A DNA stretch of 64,000 bases. It comes from Balanoglossus misakiensis (taxonomy: Eukaryota; Animalia; Hemichordata). The translations under genes and the position numbers were made by a program. The stretch lies in contig CM082581.2 of NCBI GenBank assembly GCA_040954595.2, positions 7,211,959-7,275,958 on the forward strand, read 5' to 3'. Shown piece after piece: positions 26,601 to 40,500 of the stretch (the stretch's first letter is position 1; the number at the start of each line of letters is the position of its first letter). The notes under the pieces are model-generated. The model worked only from the letters and a program-made list of their open reading frames with translations. It did not search any database and was not told the DNA's origin.

Positions 26601-28113
26601 TAAAAAGTCAATAATGAGCTCGTTTACGAGTATCTTGACAACATTCTCGATCATTAGTCCATACCATAACTATGGCAAAATGTAAAGGGAATGTTTTAAT
26701 CACTGCCGCGAATGCGGTAAGTGCGATTGTCCTAAGTTTGCAGCAACCCGTGGTCACCCTTACAAAGTGCCCCGACGATACGGGATGCACTGAACAATCA
26801 ATTGCAACAACCAAAGAGGGCAGAGATTCGTAAACAATTTAATCCAAGCAGCCAAAATAATGGCATAATGACGAATGTGTCTCTTTAATGTAAATCCACG
26901 TTTTCTGCTCAGCAAAAGTCTCAAATAATAGTGATTTTCAAATGCATCAATGACATTTCATTTTAATTCAGCGTACTGATCTAGTTCTATATTCCAGGAT
27001 CTCTTTTGCATGACCTGAACGAACTTTGTCACGCCGCTCTAAGTTTGAGCAGGGTTACAGGTCACTCAAAAATATGCGATAATTGTACTTAGGCCTAATG
27101 TCGCGTTGGAAGATTCTCGAGGGAAGTTCGAATAAAAAATATGTACTGATTCTACCAATCACGGCAAGACACAATGCACGTAACCGGGGCTATTTATGTG
27201 AACGTTCATCAAAATAAAGAAAAACAACAACGCGGAAATATAGTCGGATGTCCACGGCATTCTGGTACTGGAGCAAAGGTGAATTTCGTTTTGTTCTGTT
27301 TGTCGATGTGAAGTGCATGCCTGGCACATAATTGGTTAGAATATGGTAAAAAAAAAACGTAGCGTAGGCTAAGTATTTGAAGTGCGAGTTGCCGAGAGCT
27401 CGTCGAGTCAGTTCCCGCCGACTGAACGGTTAGAGCAAGCCATCACGACAGGAAACGTTAACGAGCGGACCGGTGCTGAAACAAAATGGGAAAAATCAAC
27501 AAACAACAATGTGGCTTTTGGAAGCTGATTTGGAGGCGGGTATTTAGACAAGTCAATCAGTAGCCATGTAAGTGTAGTGGTCTCTGGGCTTGTGATGTGG
27601 CGACTGGCGCCAAGATCTGTGTACCCCTTATCTAAATGCGTTGGCACCAACAAGTCCCAATTCGTGGCTGTGTCAGTAATTGGGCTCACTTTAGGCACCG
27701 GTTATCTACTAATACCGGGCTTTGATTCCGAATATTAGATCACTCCGTACGTCTAGTGCCAATCAATTTCGATCATTTGCCGAATCTAAATATGTCAAAA
27801 GAGAAATAAATAACACTGCCGTCGTTCTGATATAGCAGCCCGTAGACGGCGTTCGTTACAAATACACAGCCCGTAGCACGACGCATACCACACACTCTTT
27901 TAGACGCTGGTCACATCCAGGTATAGCGGTGTGTGCGTTTCTCTTTTCCGTCTGGACAGTCAGTGCTGCCATCAGACGAGTGGTGTCTGCAGATTTCGCC
28001 CGTAGATGTGCGTTTTCAGCCCGTCGCAATGTGGTCGATTCCGAACAGTTTCATACCCCTGGAAGAGATAAGCGATGAAGCAATGGTAAGAGAAAACTCC
28101 CCGAGTAGTGTGT

Positions 28114-28264
28114 TCAGCTTTTGCTGCACAAAGCGACAGTGCTGTCGGTGTTTTGAGTCCACTTTCTTTTTTGATCTGCGCACAAGTTTGAGTCATGGGT
28201 GACGTGTTGGCTCCTCTTGGATCCAAATTTTGGTATTTCGTTGGTTTCCCCGTCTGTTGTCCAT
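28114..28264 (-). pseudogene. Decayed ORF resembling the N-terminal helical segment of Kolobok-type transposase proteins
   Basis: With two frameshifts it reads MDNRRGNQRNTKIWIQEE...QIKKESGLK/TDSTVALC, resembling my recollection of the RVNIG..F..W..LK...GLK.D.EVA.FLL segment. Recognised by eye only. Confidence 0.3.
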
Positions 28265-28634
28265 GGTTTTCTCGTGTACGCGTCTAAACAATGCTCAAGA
28301 AAGGGACAGTTTTCTGTCGGAGGTCAGTTTTATCGCAGTGAGCGCAAGGTGAATGCCACAGCCAACGCCAAACTAAAGTTGTCCGACACTTTATCACAAC
28401 AATGCAAACTTTGTCGCGATAAAGGCTGGTCAAAGTTGTCGCTGGCTTTCGCCGGCAGATCCATTTTGTTTTTGCTTATCTTTATTTCCGTAAAGGGTGT
28501 CTTTAATATAGAGGTAAAACAATCGCCTACTTTGTTGAAATACGCAATTTTCTTACATGTGTAAGTAAGCTGAATCAAGTTTTCGAGCGGTACACACATG
28601 CGCAGAACACAACAACGGTATACACACAAAGGAA

Positions 28635-28876
28635 ATGGCGCGGACCATCAACAGGTGGTCGGGGCCCAATGTCAAAGACGTCGTTGTGACAGCCCCCGCC
28701 GACATCAAGGAGAAACCAATGACGCCTTTCTCACAGAGTTGACAGCCCTGTACAAGCAAATCACAGCCAATTTTACTGATCCCGGGTCTGAAAAGAGCTG
28801 CCCGAACAAAAGCGGTAAATACAGTCCGTTTATTTCCAAGACGGTGGTCAAGTGGTTTGCAAATCGAAGAAAAAAT
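28635..28876 (+). pseudogene. Degenerate atypical homeobox (HNF1/HMBOX1-like helix 3)
   Basis: VVKWFANRRK (TGG at 28853). An upstream frame reads MARTINRWSGPNVKDVVVTA, and one frameshift near 28710 is needed to join the two. Confidence 0.4.
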
Positions 28877-30589
28877 GTAGCCGTTAATTGGTGTGAATTG
28901 GGTTCTTGTCAGATCACAAAAACCTGATCTGGACTGGGTCTATGCGAATAAAAATCGCCGTGGAATCGTTTTGTTGATTTTTCATGATCCCGTCTGGTCT
29001 CTCGTTCCGAAACACTGAGAGGTTGTGAGCATTATGCAAACGCGAGGTCCGCTGTATACTGCGGATACATCTGTCTTCAAATGTTTGTTCTGCATATTGC
29101 ATGCGACATTCACCACTGACAGATGTTGATATTTCTGCATTTTCCGTCACTGGAACAGCATGGCAGATGTGAAATCACTGTCGAATTTTAGCGGCCTATA
29201 TAGCAACATTTGAAAAAGCACTGGTTGCTGTTTCTTGAAGTCTCCTGGGGTGAAAGTGTTTAGATACTCTTTTAAGTCGTCTAGGTATATCAGACCAACT
29301 CAGTAATGCATTTTATTTTCACTTCGCGATGATTTGTCACGGCCGCTGTCAACAATTGCCGACCAAAACATGACAAATCGCGGATATCGCGGTGCCGCGA
29401 ACGATATTTCACGTTCTATCTACACATGTGTTTGACCAGGAGTGCCGCTAGTCAAATTTGTATTTGTGGTGTGCGTGCGGTGGTCAAGTTCAGGGTCAGC
29501 AGGTGTAATTATTTCGATAAAACTCCACTTATAGAACGATTATCAACTTTTAAAGTCAATCAAATCAAACCCGTCTCTATTATAAGTGGCCTTCTCTTAC
29601 GCGGCGTTTCTGGCGCCTGCAGGTCACGTGATTGTCTGTCGATTTTTGCCTCCGGGCTGTTTGAACAATCCGTTACCAGGTTTTAGTGTGTTTTGATGTG
29701 TAAACATCGCGACACATTCTCAATTACATCGACAAGTCTATGAATATTAACGTTTTCATCTAGACAATGCAAACACAATAGGATTGAAGCGAGAAAAAAA
29801 GTCCTGGGTTCAAGGGTCAGATATATTAACTATTTTGTAAAATATATTAACGACATTGTCCATATTGATTGTACTACTTCGTCCTGATCGAGTATGTTAT
29901 CCCTTATCGTTTTCAGTAGAAAAAAAACCCGACAGAAATCAGATGGTCAACTGCCTCTCGATAGTAGCTGTACCTATAGTTACGAATGTGTGGTAAATTA
30001 GCACGTATACGAGGCACACATTCCAAATAGTGCTAGAGCATCCCAACAGTTACATTTGGTGTGCAAGTATACGAATTCATAGAATTCATAGAGCGCTGTG
30101 TCTCGCCGGGTTTCCTGGTCCAAATCTCCTGTCAGGTTTTAATGACGATTGTACTTGTTACTGCAGCAATAATTCTGAAACACGACAAAGGAAAAATCAC
30201 TCCAAGCTAACTGCTATAACTACAAAACGGCTTCGACATACAGCAGAAAAAACGGTTGTCTCTTGTGCCATCACTTTAGCTCGCATGCAGAAAAACAATA
30301 CAGATTTATCATTCTGTAGCAGCAAAGTTCATAGTTTATAAATAAAGACACGAAACAGATTCCATGAGTTCCGTGAGATAAGATATTGATTACTATTTAT
30401 CTCCAATGTCTCATCGACTTATTTTACTAAAAGCTATATATATACTAAAATTCGTAATACTGTATATTAATTAAGCAGTCCGCTTGCACCTCCTCCAGTG
30501 CGTTTGAAGCTTGCCCATTGTCGGTAGTAAGATTATAATTTAATATACATAAATTATGTCCGCTGTCGATTTCTCTGATACATAAACAT

Positions 30590-30975
30590 ATCTGAATCCA
30601 TGTTGCATAGGAGTACAGTCTGTTAAAATGCAAGAATACGTGCACACTAGAAACAATTCATCAACTGACATACTTATAATCGCACCTGTATAAATGGCAT
30701 CGATAGGTCTAAAACTAAGCATGCTCTTCTTATACTGTGGTTAGAATCACGGAGACTAGAACATAATAAACAAAGAAAATTCAACGTAGCAACATCAAAA
30801 TATGGTTTCCAACATTTGCACAGTATTACACATTGTAACAGTGGGGTAATCAGGGTATCATTATCCTTTGCGAGTCTAGACATCGTGTCGGACGACACGT
30901 ATTAAATTAACATTCTAGCAATCTTTAAAAATGCGCTAGGCAAGTCTTCGGGTGGGGTCTAAGAGACACCATTGA
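30590..30975 (-). mobile_element. Highly decayed non-LTR retrotransposon (CR1/L2/Jockey-like) RT fragment
   Basis: Motifs in the expected order across frameshifts: PEDLPSAFLK (~GPDGIP..LK), LAK....ITPLL (~LA..IAP.L), FRPI (~NYRPISL), ILTD....QHGFR. Confidence 0.55.
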
Positions 30976-32111
30976 GTAATTGACCACAACCACAGTAATA
31001 TCCAAAGGCGGGTGCATTCCACACAACATTTGAGGGCAGCGACTGAAAACACACGAAAACCATTATTTTGAATTTCTGCCAGTGGACCTCGTTAAAAGCA
31101 GCTTGTTAGAAGAACAAGGAGTACGCCTCCGAGCATGCGTAACTTAAAGGACTTGAAGTACCCTGGGCATTTTGCCACTGAGAATTATGAAAGTTAGAAT
31201 TAGACTATTGCCTGCTGTCATCTGGTAATCAGTGGGTGAGGGGGGAAGCCTTTCTGCTACTGACACGGCAACCAGGGTCAAAGTTTCCCCTTGGCCTTTT
31301 GAATTACTGTACTTAGTTCACATAAATCAATGACTTAAATTGCCAAGGTGGCCATACATTGTTCGTTTTCTTCTTGAAGTTATTGTGTGTGCAGAAAAGC
31401 GCGGGTACTAGTAGCACCTGTTGGAATGCTGCCGCGATTCAACTCGGCGTTTTCGCGTAAGAACGTTTATTGAGTCGACCTGTAGCGAGGCGATGACGTT
31501 TGATAATTAACGAATGGGAAAGTACCTATTTTAGCCAATGAATTTCGTCCAAGTCAAGTTTTTATCGCCAATGTGTATATATAGGATAAAGGAATAAAAA
31601 CCCGCAGACACTCGTACTCGCATTTTACACGGACTCATATTGCGGATTTTGGTAAAAGGGGAAAGTGGTCCACTCTATATTGGTCACATTGTGTGGCTAT
31701 TCTTTGTAGCTAGTAGATTTAAAATTAAGTAAGAAATGGCTTTTCCCAACGATGTTATAGCTCAGAGTCTTAAACCACCAATGACAAGGGGAAATCAATC
31801 AGTTTCATGACCTGTAGCGGAAAACACTGAAGATAGAGTGGTCTCTTCAGAAATGTCACGGTACAAATCTGGTCATTAGGCGTTGCAGCTTGTGGTAAAA
31901 TTCACTACATTTATTCACTTATTTCACTGAATTATAGATGTTTTTATTCTGTCCTTTGAAATTAACTCCTACCCATTCTGACGCAAGGTCAAGGGCGATG
32001 CTGTATTACTGTTTTCCGATCCACTTTCCATGCGGACAAGAGCATCATTAGAAACATTTCCCTTCGGCACACGGTAAACGTTTCCCTCAGTCACTAACTA
32101 ATGCGACTCAG

Positions 32112-32272
32112 TCAGAGAGAGAGAGAGAGGGAGATGGGAGATAGTTAGAGAGAGGGGGAAACAGAGAGAGAGGCGTGTAGAGATTGAACACCATCCTTAA
32201 AAAACACCATAGATAGAGAGGGGTGGGTGGGAGGGGAGACGTACAGAGAAGGGGATATGCCAGAGGAGTAGA
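32112..32272. repeat. GA-rich low-complexity polypurine tract
   Basis: Degenerate (GA)n. Confidence 0.8.
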
Positions 32273-34315
32273 GCGACATTTTACCGTAAAGAGGCAAAGA
32301 CTGTGTACTTTTTGGCATCTGGTTTTACTATTTGAGGGAATAATTGCAACCTGAACCGACATCCACTTGGAAAGGAATGCTGCCTATAAGAGGCCTCGGA
32401 GTTTGTTTATCCTCGATGTTTCCACGGTAACAGTGCAACTTGAAGGAAAATATGGCTGCACCACATGACAAAAAAGTTTGCGGCAAATCTCGTGCAATTC
32501 CCACTTACAGAGTCGGAGAAATGTTGCCGAATATAATATTTATAACGTGCGCTGCATTAATTGAGTGGCAAATTCCTGTGTAATGACGTATTTGCTTTCT
32601 AGATACGTGTACTTCAAAGCGATTGTTGAAGCAGTGATATATACTTAGTACAAAGGCTTTATTCCTGAGCAATGGTTGATAATGTACGATTCTGTGCGAA
32701 CTTAATGCTTAGACAACCCCTATCCTTAAAACCACGAAACTCGACAATGGAAAAGCCTCCAATGGGTGATTTGTTAAGCGATTGCAATGCGATAGAAATA
32801 CATCTCATTCAATACGCTCCCCCCCCCCCCCCAAAGTCACCCTCTCCCATCTCACTTGCCGGAGGGAACAATGACGTCACGAGTCGGAGCGATCGGTATT
32901 CTGCGCACGACTTTCAAGTGTCGAGTTCGGCGGACTACAAATTGCGTCTTTTTAGTGGGTCTAAATAGCTCGGCGTTTTACGTGAGTTTTGCTTAATTGG
33001 AATAGAAAAGAAGTAAGACAAGAGCCCATTATCCCTTTAAATTTATCGCCAGATCTCGTTGGAGGTATCTAGTAGACTCGATTTGCCTATTAGCGTATTA
33101 GGACGCAATAATAGCCGACAGTTTGTAGAATTCGACGCTGCGCGATATGGCTTATCAATGGCCGGTCATGCTGCTTATGTATGCATTCCCAACGTACGAG
33201 AGGAGTCACTCGTCTTCGTGGAGAGGCACTCCACCTCCACGGTGTTGCCCATTTGTCTGTCTCGACGGACTCGAACAATCGCTGTGTCAGGACCGTGCGG
33301 GCGAAATGAAAAGCCCGCCGACTTCGGTAAGCACGCACACGCTGAATGGCCCTCTGGCCATCACAATGGGGAGCTCCTTGTTGCGGCAGTAGTTTCGAAA
33401 TCATATACCGTGCAACTCCGCACTTCAAACGGTCCCCTCCCCTTCTTCCGCAAGTGCCGTGTATATAGTATAACGGCCGTGATGGCAGAGAAAATAAATC
33501 CGGCAATTTTAAAGTCACCGCGATCCCTAGAAAAGAAGTCAAAAAATCGAACCCTGGTAAAATAAATCAGCAAAAATTATATCTACGGCTTCCTAAACAA
33601 AGTCGAGTCTAATGCTATGGCTCCTGAAACAAAAGAGCCGAAAACGAAACGCAACGGAGCCATACAGAAATACAATTAGCAAGCTCCCTTTTACTTATTT
33701 GTGCCTTCAATTGGGGGATATTAACAGATGAAAGCGGAGAAAACACACGAAAAGAAAACACAACTTAGCGATGGCGGCTAAAAACGCCAGCGTTTGTTGT
33801 TATTATTGATAAAAGGGCACCGCACGTCGGCGGTTTCCGATGCGAATTTAGTATAGGTATGAGTATCGCTAATAGCACGGAACAGGCCTCAAATTGAGCC
33901 AGAAATTGCCAAATTTAGCGGACTGTGTTGTCTTTATCAAAGGTAATCGATACGTCATCTAAAGGAGGGATGGGCACGGTGTAGAAATGATACGACACCC
34001 GAGACATTTCTCATCCAAAACAACAATAATCGACCGACAATGAGCGCCAGATGCCCCCTTTGTGGAGGGATTGAAAGTCGATTTGGAAAAAAAGGATGGC
34101 CGTTTACAAACGAGTCTTTCAGTGGGGTTACAGACGACTTAAATAGACATGTGACTATTCGGAACCAGCGAAACATAACCATAGTCAATTGAAGTGAGAT
34201 CTGGCGCCAGTGCAGATTAGCGTAGGCTAAGCAAATCTTTGAAGTCGGCCTGCCCAGTTCACTTTCGTTCGGCATGAGGCGAATAGCGATCACAGAGCCA
34301 ACTCCAGAGAGCGGA

Positions 34316-34571
34316 CCGCCCTGATTGGCTGATCAAGTTTCCCTCCCGACCAATCAAAGCGCGCAGCCTTATCGGCCACAGGAAGTCACTCTGAAGGGGT
34401 TTATTTACCAGATATCTCTGTTCGCACTTCATCCATTTGGATATAAAAAACCATCAATCTCAACCTTCAAGTTCATTGCGAAGGAAGAACATTTTTCCTT
34501 CTTAAAGTCTCAGAACAAAGCGGACCCTTTCCGTCAAGTTACCCCTGAAGAACAAATCTGAGACGGTAAGT
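34316..34571 (+). promoter_or_regulatory. Candidate promoter plus ATG-free first exon ending in a 5' splice site
   Basis: GC box 34316-21, ATTGG 34324-28, CCAAT 34350-54, ATCAAAG 34353-59, CAGGAAGT 34379-86, Inr-like TCACT at 34386, about 180 nt without ATG, then ACG|GTAAGT (GT at 34566-67). Confidence 0.5.
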
Positions 34572-37500
34572 TTTCGCGAAGCAAATTTTTTTTTCTTTGC
34601 GTCGGGTTCCCCACTGCATTAGGAAGTTGAATTTGACTTGTTGAGCAATGCCTGCAGCAGGTTTTTCCCGCCATCATACGTCAATTGACCTTGAATTTCG
34701 ACCACGATTCGCCAAATTCAGGTGCATATAAAAGAAACGTCACTTTCCTTTATTTTCCTTATTCGCGTGGAAACTTGCAAAATCCAAATATTGACATTCA
34801 ACTATTTGGCATTTCTTTCATATATCTTGCAGAGATTTCTGAGAAAAAATATTGGATCATAAAGAAAACAAACGTTAATTTATAATTTCGTGTAATTTCT
34901 TCATTCATTCGTTCATTCATACAAAAACTGTCACACTAATTAACCGGTGGACGATTTTCTCGAAGAGGACGAGAACCTGCGATGATTACCATTCAATGGG
35001 TTATGATAGGCTCCCCAAACACACAATCAAATGAAAAGCGCAAACATATAAGATTTCATACCTGGACACTAAAATAAACATTGACCGCGTTTGGAATTTT
35101 AAACTCCGACTGCCAAACATATCAAGAGACTAGACTGCGCAGGAATTAGCTTTTATAGAGCTTCCCAACTGGTAGATAATGTCTCTCCCATTGTTTGCCC
35201 ATGGGCACTTTTCGGCGCCAAACTGGCCCGTTCACCATTATGATTCGCTCACGCCGTGGTCCGATTATTTCTTGTGTTTTTGACTGTCAGCAAACACGTC
35301 CGTTTTAAGGACAACCTGTTTTCCCTTTCTTTATTGTCTGTGAGAGATACGATGCATGATGATGGGTTTTGCGTTTCACACACTGTCTTTTGGAGAAGGA
35401 AAATGTCCGTTACTTATAAAAGATGTTCGACGTTCAGACGTCGAGATTAGTTGAAAGACAAGGCTCAAGACGCTGAGATTTCTTCAGTCAATCATTAATC
35501 CAACTCTAAGAGAGTGCGAGATTATGTGGCTCAGAAAATTAATTGATTTTTGAAACATGTGCAGAGTACAACAAAGTTACCGATTATTCTTTTGTGAATA
35601 AGCATAGGCGATCTATTGAAATATAACACAGCTAGTGCGACTAAGTGAAGAAACTCTATGACGCTAAAAATGAGAATAAAAGTTAATATTTTGCTTTAAA
35701 ATAAACAGCATTTCCCGCCAATTGACGTGGTGATTGAGAACATTATTCAAGTCTGGCGATGCGAAAAGTTTGTCTAAAAATCTAACCGTTTTAGGCAGAA
35801 ATGGTTCAGAGAATATTAACTATTAAGATGAAAAAATAATCAAAAACCTTTCTTTGAAGGAATCAGAATCTCCAAAGAGGGAAGAGTGGTGTGCTGTGTG
35901 TACGAAGACAATTTATTTCGTCTTTTTTGCAAATACTTTAAGTTATAACACTCGTAACCGACATAAAAACGCTTATGAAGTTCAGGCATCACTCCCGATA
36001 TTGATGGCCATTGACTGTTTCTGGGTGTTATTTTAAGGAGGAAAGAATTGCTGTATTTTACGATCATGGATACACTGACATACAAACAGAATTTCGCTAT
36101 TGTGTTTGCTTTGCCACACGTGCCGGTGAATTCCGGACGCCATATTTCATGGCCAGAACCTCCCCGCCCCTAATTTTTCAACGAATAAAGCGAAGCGGTA
36201 CCTCAAATTCGTAAATTTGAAACTGTAAGAGCGGCTCGGCCTGACGAAGATCTCTGCTGTGGCCGTCGGCGTCGCGTCGGCGTCGCGTCGTCAGCTCGGG
36301 TCCACCGAAAGGAACAGTCGGGGTTTACATACAAGTTTCTGTAACTCGTGGGTGGGGGATCTAGCGGCAACGCGATGACTCGGCGCATGTCATGTGTATT
36401 ATTGCCTGAATTACGGGGCGAAAGGCGCGCGGTTAAAAAATAAATTCCAACCAACGACTCTGACAAATATTCAAGTTGAGGATGTCGCTCTTCAGGTCTT
36501 GATAGTCAAGACGGTACCGGAGTGATTTGCGAAACGACACGAACTAACAGGATCGACATTCAGCCATCGACCATCCGCACTTCTATACTAATTGGAAGCC
36601 GTTTCAAAAAAACTAATCGCAGCTTACAGAGGAGAATAAAACCGCAAAAAACACGAGTATCCTCATCTTAGTCTCCGTTGACTGGCAATTATTATTCCAC
36701 GCTCACCGGGTTTTTTTCTCTACAATTTAGAAAAGACCCGTTTTTTGTGCATTGTTCTGGCATTTTCCTCATCAATTTAGAACACGGCTATACTGCAGTA
36801 GACTGAGTGGTTGACTCAGGGCAGAAGTGTCAAGCTCTCTTAGGAAACACGAGCATATTTTTGTCTATCACACGAGCATGTCAGGACATCCTGACTTTTA
36901 ATTACTCATTTTTCTTTGAAGTCCCTTCGAGTGCTGACACGATTCTCCAAACGACAACCTGTCTGCCGTTAATTGCGCTCTCTATATGCCCCGATAATTT
37001 GCCAAAATCTTGGGGAGGGACCCACTTCAGGAGCACAACTGAGCTCTCGGTACTAATTGGGACAAATTACGCATTCAAGAGTCAACAAATTCGATCCGTT
37101 TCCTGCCATTGAAGTCTTCTCCTAAGATGACTGAAGAAAAAAAACGTCGACCCGCTCGGTCACTCGAAAAATAATAAAGCGCTAAAACAGCGCATGAAAT
37201 CAATCCCCCCACTACTCGTCACAACTGCTCAAGTTTGCAAGCGGTTCTGCATTTGTTTGGCGACTATCTGGTGCATCGCGAAGAAAACAAGGACGTGAAA
37301 ACGTCGGGTACTCGTCGGGCGGGTGGGTTTATTTTTCATGGCTGGAGTGCGCCGTGGGTATGGCAAACAGAAAGATCTCGCCGGGGCCACTTCCCTTTTT
37401 TTTCCACGATCACGCCAATTTCTCGCTGATCCAATTGAAACTATTCAACACGAAAAATGCCCGCCTTTTGTGAGTGTGGGACGAGGGAGCTACCGCCAAA

Positions 37501-40500
37501 CAACGGATTCACCCATGACGTCGTCCGCGCCGCTTTACATCGGAACATATCATGCAACACTACAAACCCCAACCACTTGGGGTCGAGGGATATCGTCTCG
37601 CATGACACGAGTGGTTTGCGAATTCTTCATCACAATACCGGAGCTAAATGCTCGTTGAATTGACGACAACCGTGAAAGTATTATTCCGCATTGGCGGACG
37701 GTTTTCGATACGTTTCATTGAGAAAAACAACCCTTGTTTTTCAGAGGTACATGTGTACGACATTTTTCTATTTCAGCAGAAACCTATTTGGGGACCAATG
37801 CAATAGAAATTACCCCCGAGTATGAATTAATTGCGCCCGGGGCAGCAGGGCACTCTAGCTGTGAAATTCGAGTATTTGCGGCGAAATTAGAGAAAAAAAC
37901 TTTTGAGACTGTGTTATTTTAAGATTTTTTAATTGACGTTACGGTACTGAGGGGAACAATGGTGACGTCACCGACAAAATGGGTTGTTAGAGAGAGAGAG
38001 GCACGTACAAAGCCCTAATGGCACTCGTCTCCAATAAGCTGCCACGCTGAATGTCCACGCTTGTAATTGGTCTTCTGCCACCTGCATGCGTCGAAAGCAA
38101 AACACTGTCATTGTGCTCAAATCGTGATCGTGATTGAAAATACAATCACCGAACTGACATTCAACTTTTTGTGTGAAAATGCGTGTCACTTTACTCTCTG
38201 TTCAATTGCAACCCGCCAATTTCGTGTTCAGTTGCCCGTCTTGAACCGATACCAGTTCACGGTGAATGATCGTACACTCGCGTGTCTTGAGTTGAGCGAC
38301 TTTTCGATTCGGAAATTGCCCGCGCTCCATCGATCGCTTCTCTGTGCCGTTTTTGCACTCTGTGTGAGTAAGAGCAACTTTGTAAATGACACCAACCTCT
38401 CGGTACGTGGATCGACATACGATGAGCAGATGACGGCCAGAAATCGGTTGTTGTGCTTCTCAATAAACCATGCACGTCACGCTCTCTCTCAAAAGCCTGA
38501 GAGAACAGAACGACGCGTTTTTCGTTGTCTGTTCTCTGCGAATATTTTAAAACATGTTCGCCTGAGTTGTCTGAATTACCACGCTCGCCCTTTCGGTAAG
38601 TTCAAACACGAAGGGATTCATTTGAACAAATGACATCAGATCTGCACTGCATGTTAGAGACGACTTCCCCTTTTTTCAACCAGTCCTTTCAAATGACTCA
38701 TCTTCACTCACATTCACTGTCCGCGTTCTTTGCTTGAAAACGGCAGTGGCAAACTTTTAGTAGCAGGCTTGATCTTTGCTTTGGAGGTACATGTAAGTTT
38801 CAACGACACCCGATTGTTGCATCGATTTTTTTTACGTGATGAACTTCAACTAAAAAAGTACCAACATTTATTTATATCGATGAAAGTCAATTACCAAATT
38901 CGCTGTGATTAACATCGTGACTGCAGTCACTGTGTGTAAGACAACTGTATAGTGACCCATGGTCATGTACATGTCACAGAAATTTCAAGTAAAATGTGCA
39001 GTTGTGCAAATGTTAGGCGTTCATTTGGGGGGACCTAATACTATTCCTGCATGGACGTCTGATGAAAGCTCATTTTGTCGTCTGCGCTTATATAGCTTTC
39101 ACGCTGCCCGCTTTTTCTCTTGTCTAAAATTACCGTTCTGTCTATTGGCTGTATTATCCACCCGGTCGTCTCAATTTAACTCGCTGTCATTAAAACCTCC
39201 CGTGGGGACAATATTCGGCTGTTGGCTTTTAAATTTGCGCAATCGAGCAGGTAATGTCTTAAGTAGCCGTTTTGTAACGCTTAAGCCTGTTTTACGCTCT
39301 CCTGCACGCGTGTGGTATCAAAGCGAATCGCCAAGCGACACGACTCTCGTTCTGCAAACATGTTTTTCTTTCTTCATAAATCACATTTCAGGTCTGCTGT
39401 GCTGGGTATTACAGTTCCATCATGCACCCGGCTCCGTTGTCTAAATTTCGAAAATTTACCCCCAAAAATGCGTTCATCTTTTTTTGTGCGCGTATATGCG
39501 ACGCGCATTTCATGCAAGGGATGGCAATTCGCGGCAATTTTATGGTCTCGTGGGTCTGCTCCGTAAACGTCTTTGAACGGTGCGCCTCCGTCGTCCCTAC
39601 ACGATCGGAAACCAGTTAGCAAATTAGGATGGCAGAGTTGTTGATCTGGTATATGGCTTCGTTCCATCCGGTAGATCCGACATCAATGGCTTCCGACGCC
39701 CCGAACAGCAAAATTGTTCTTCTTTTCAAAACAGATTCCTTACACATGCATGCCCCCAGAATAGACTTGAAACGCAGTCAGTAACTGATACTAAATGAAT
39801 TCCTAACGCTTAATTTGGCACCTGAGCGTAAATCAGCGAGAGCAGCGGTCAAGGCAAAGAGATGCTAGCGCACGGCGATTAAGCCCGGAGAGTTTCTAAT
39901 TTGACAGAGCTGTACATGTACGGTTTGCTGATAATTTTTTATCTGGGATAACTTTGAATCGTGGAGTTCTTGATATGAATGGACTTGCGCATTTGAACTG
40001 AGGCACTGTATATGTTATTCCACCACTACCGTGATACCGTACAAGTATTATTTTGTAGTTTTCTAAAAAGCAGAAGTGTTCTAAATTGTTCGTTTTAAGA
40101 AGCGAAACGGTATTTCATCAGAGTGTATTTTCTGAGTACACGTATACTGTCGCTGGTCCGGTGGCATATTTCTATACTGTCACGAAGGCGACTGTCTAAT
40201 AGTAATTAAAAAGGATGAGGGGAAGGGTCGATGTTTTCTCGACCGATAGGTCCATGTGTCATTAGGAAATGAAATTTTAACACATGATTCCGGGCCCCAG
40301 GCGGTTTTGCACACTCTGGTATAATACCTGTTGCGCAGCAGATGTCAACTTGCGTATGTCCAATGTTCATATGGTGAAGCCAGTGATGGCATACGCGCAA
40401 AACTGCGCCGTGGGTTTTCGTGTCGAATGCCAATGTGCGCGTGAATGACAAAATCTGTAACCTGACGCCGTGTTTGACAATTTATTTCATGGATATTTGT

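Noticed and set aside
33059-33565. 168-aa + ORF with overlapping - ORFs
   Set aside because: No recognisable motif or TIRs; probably chance ORFs in a GC-richer island.
36240-36312. CTGACGAAG as another hammerhead core
   Set aside because: No properly spaced stem II plus GAAA and no stem I pairing.
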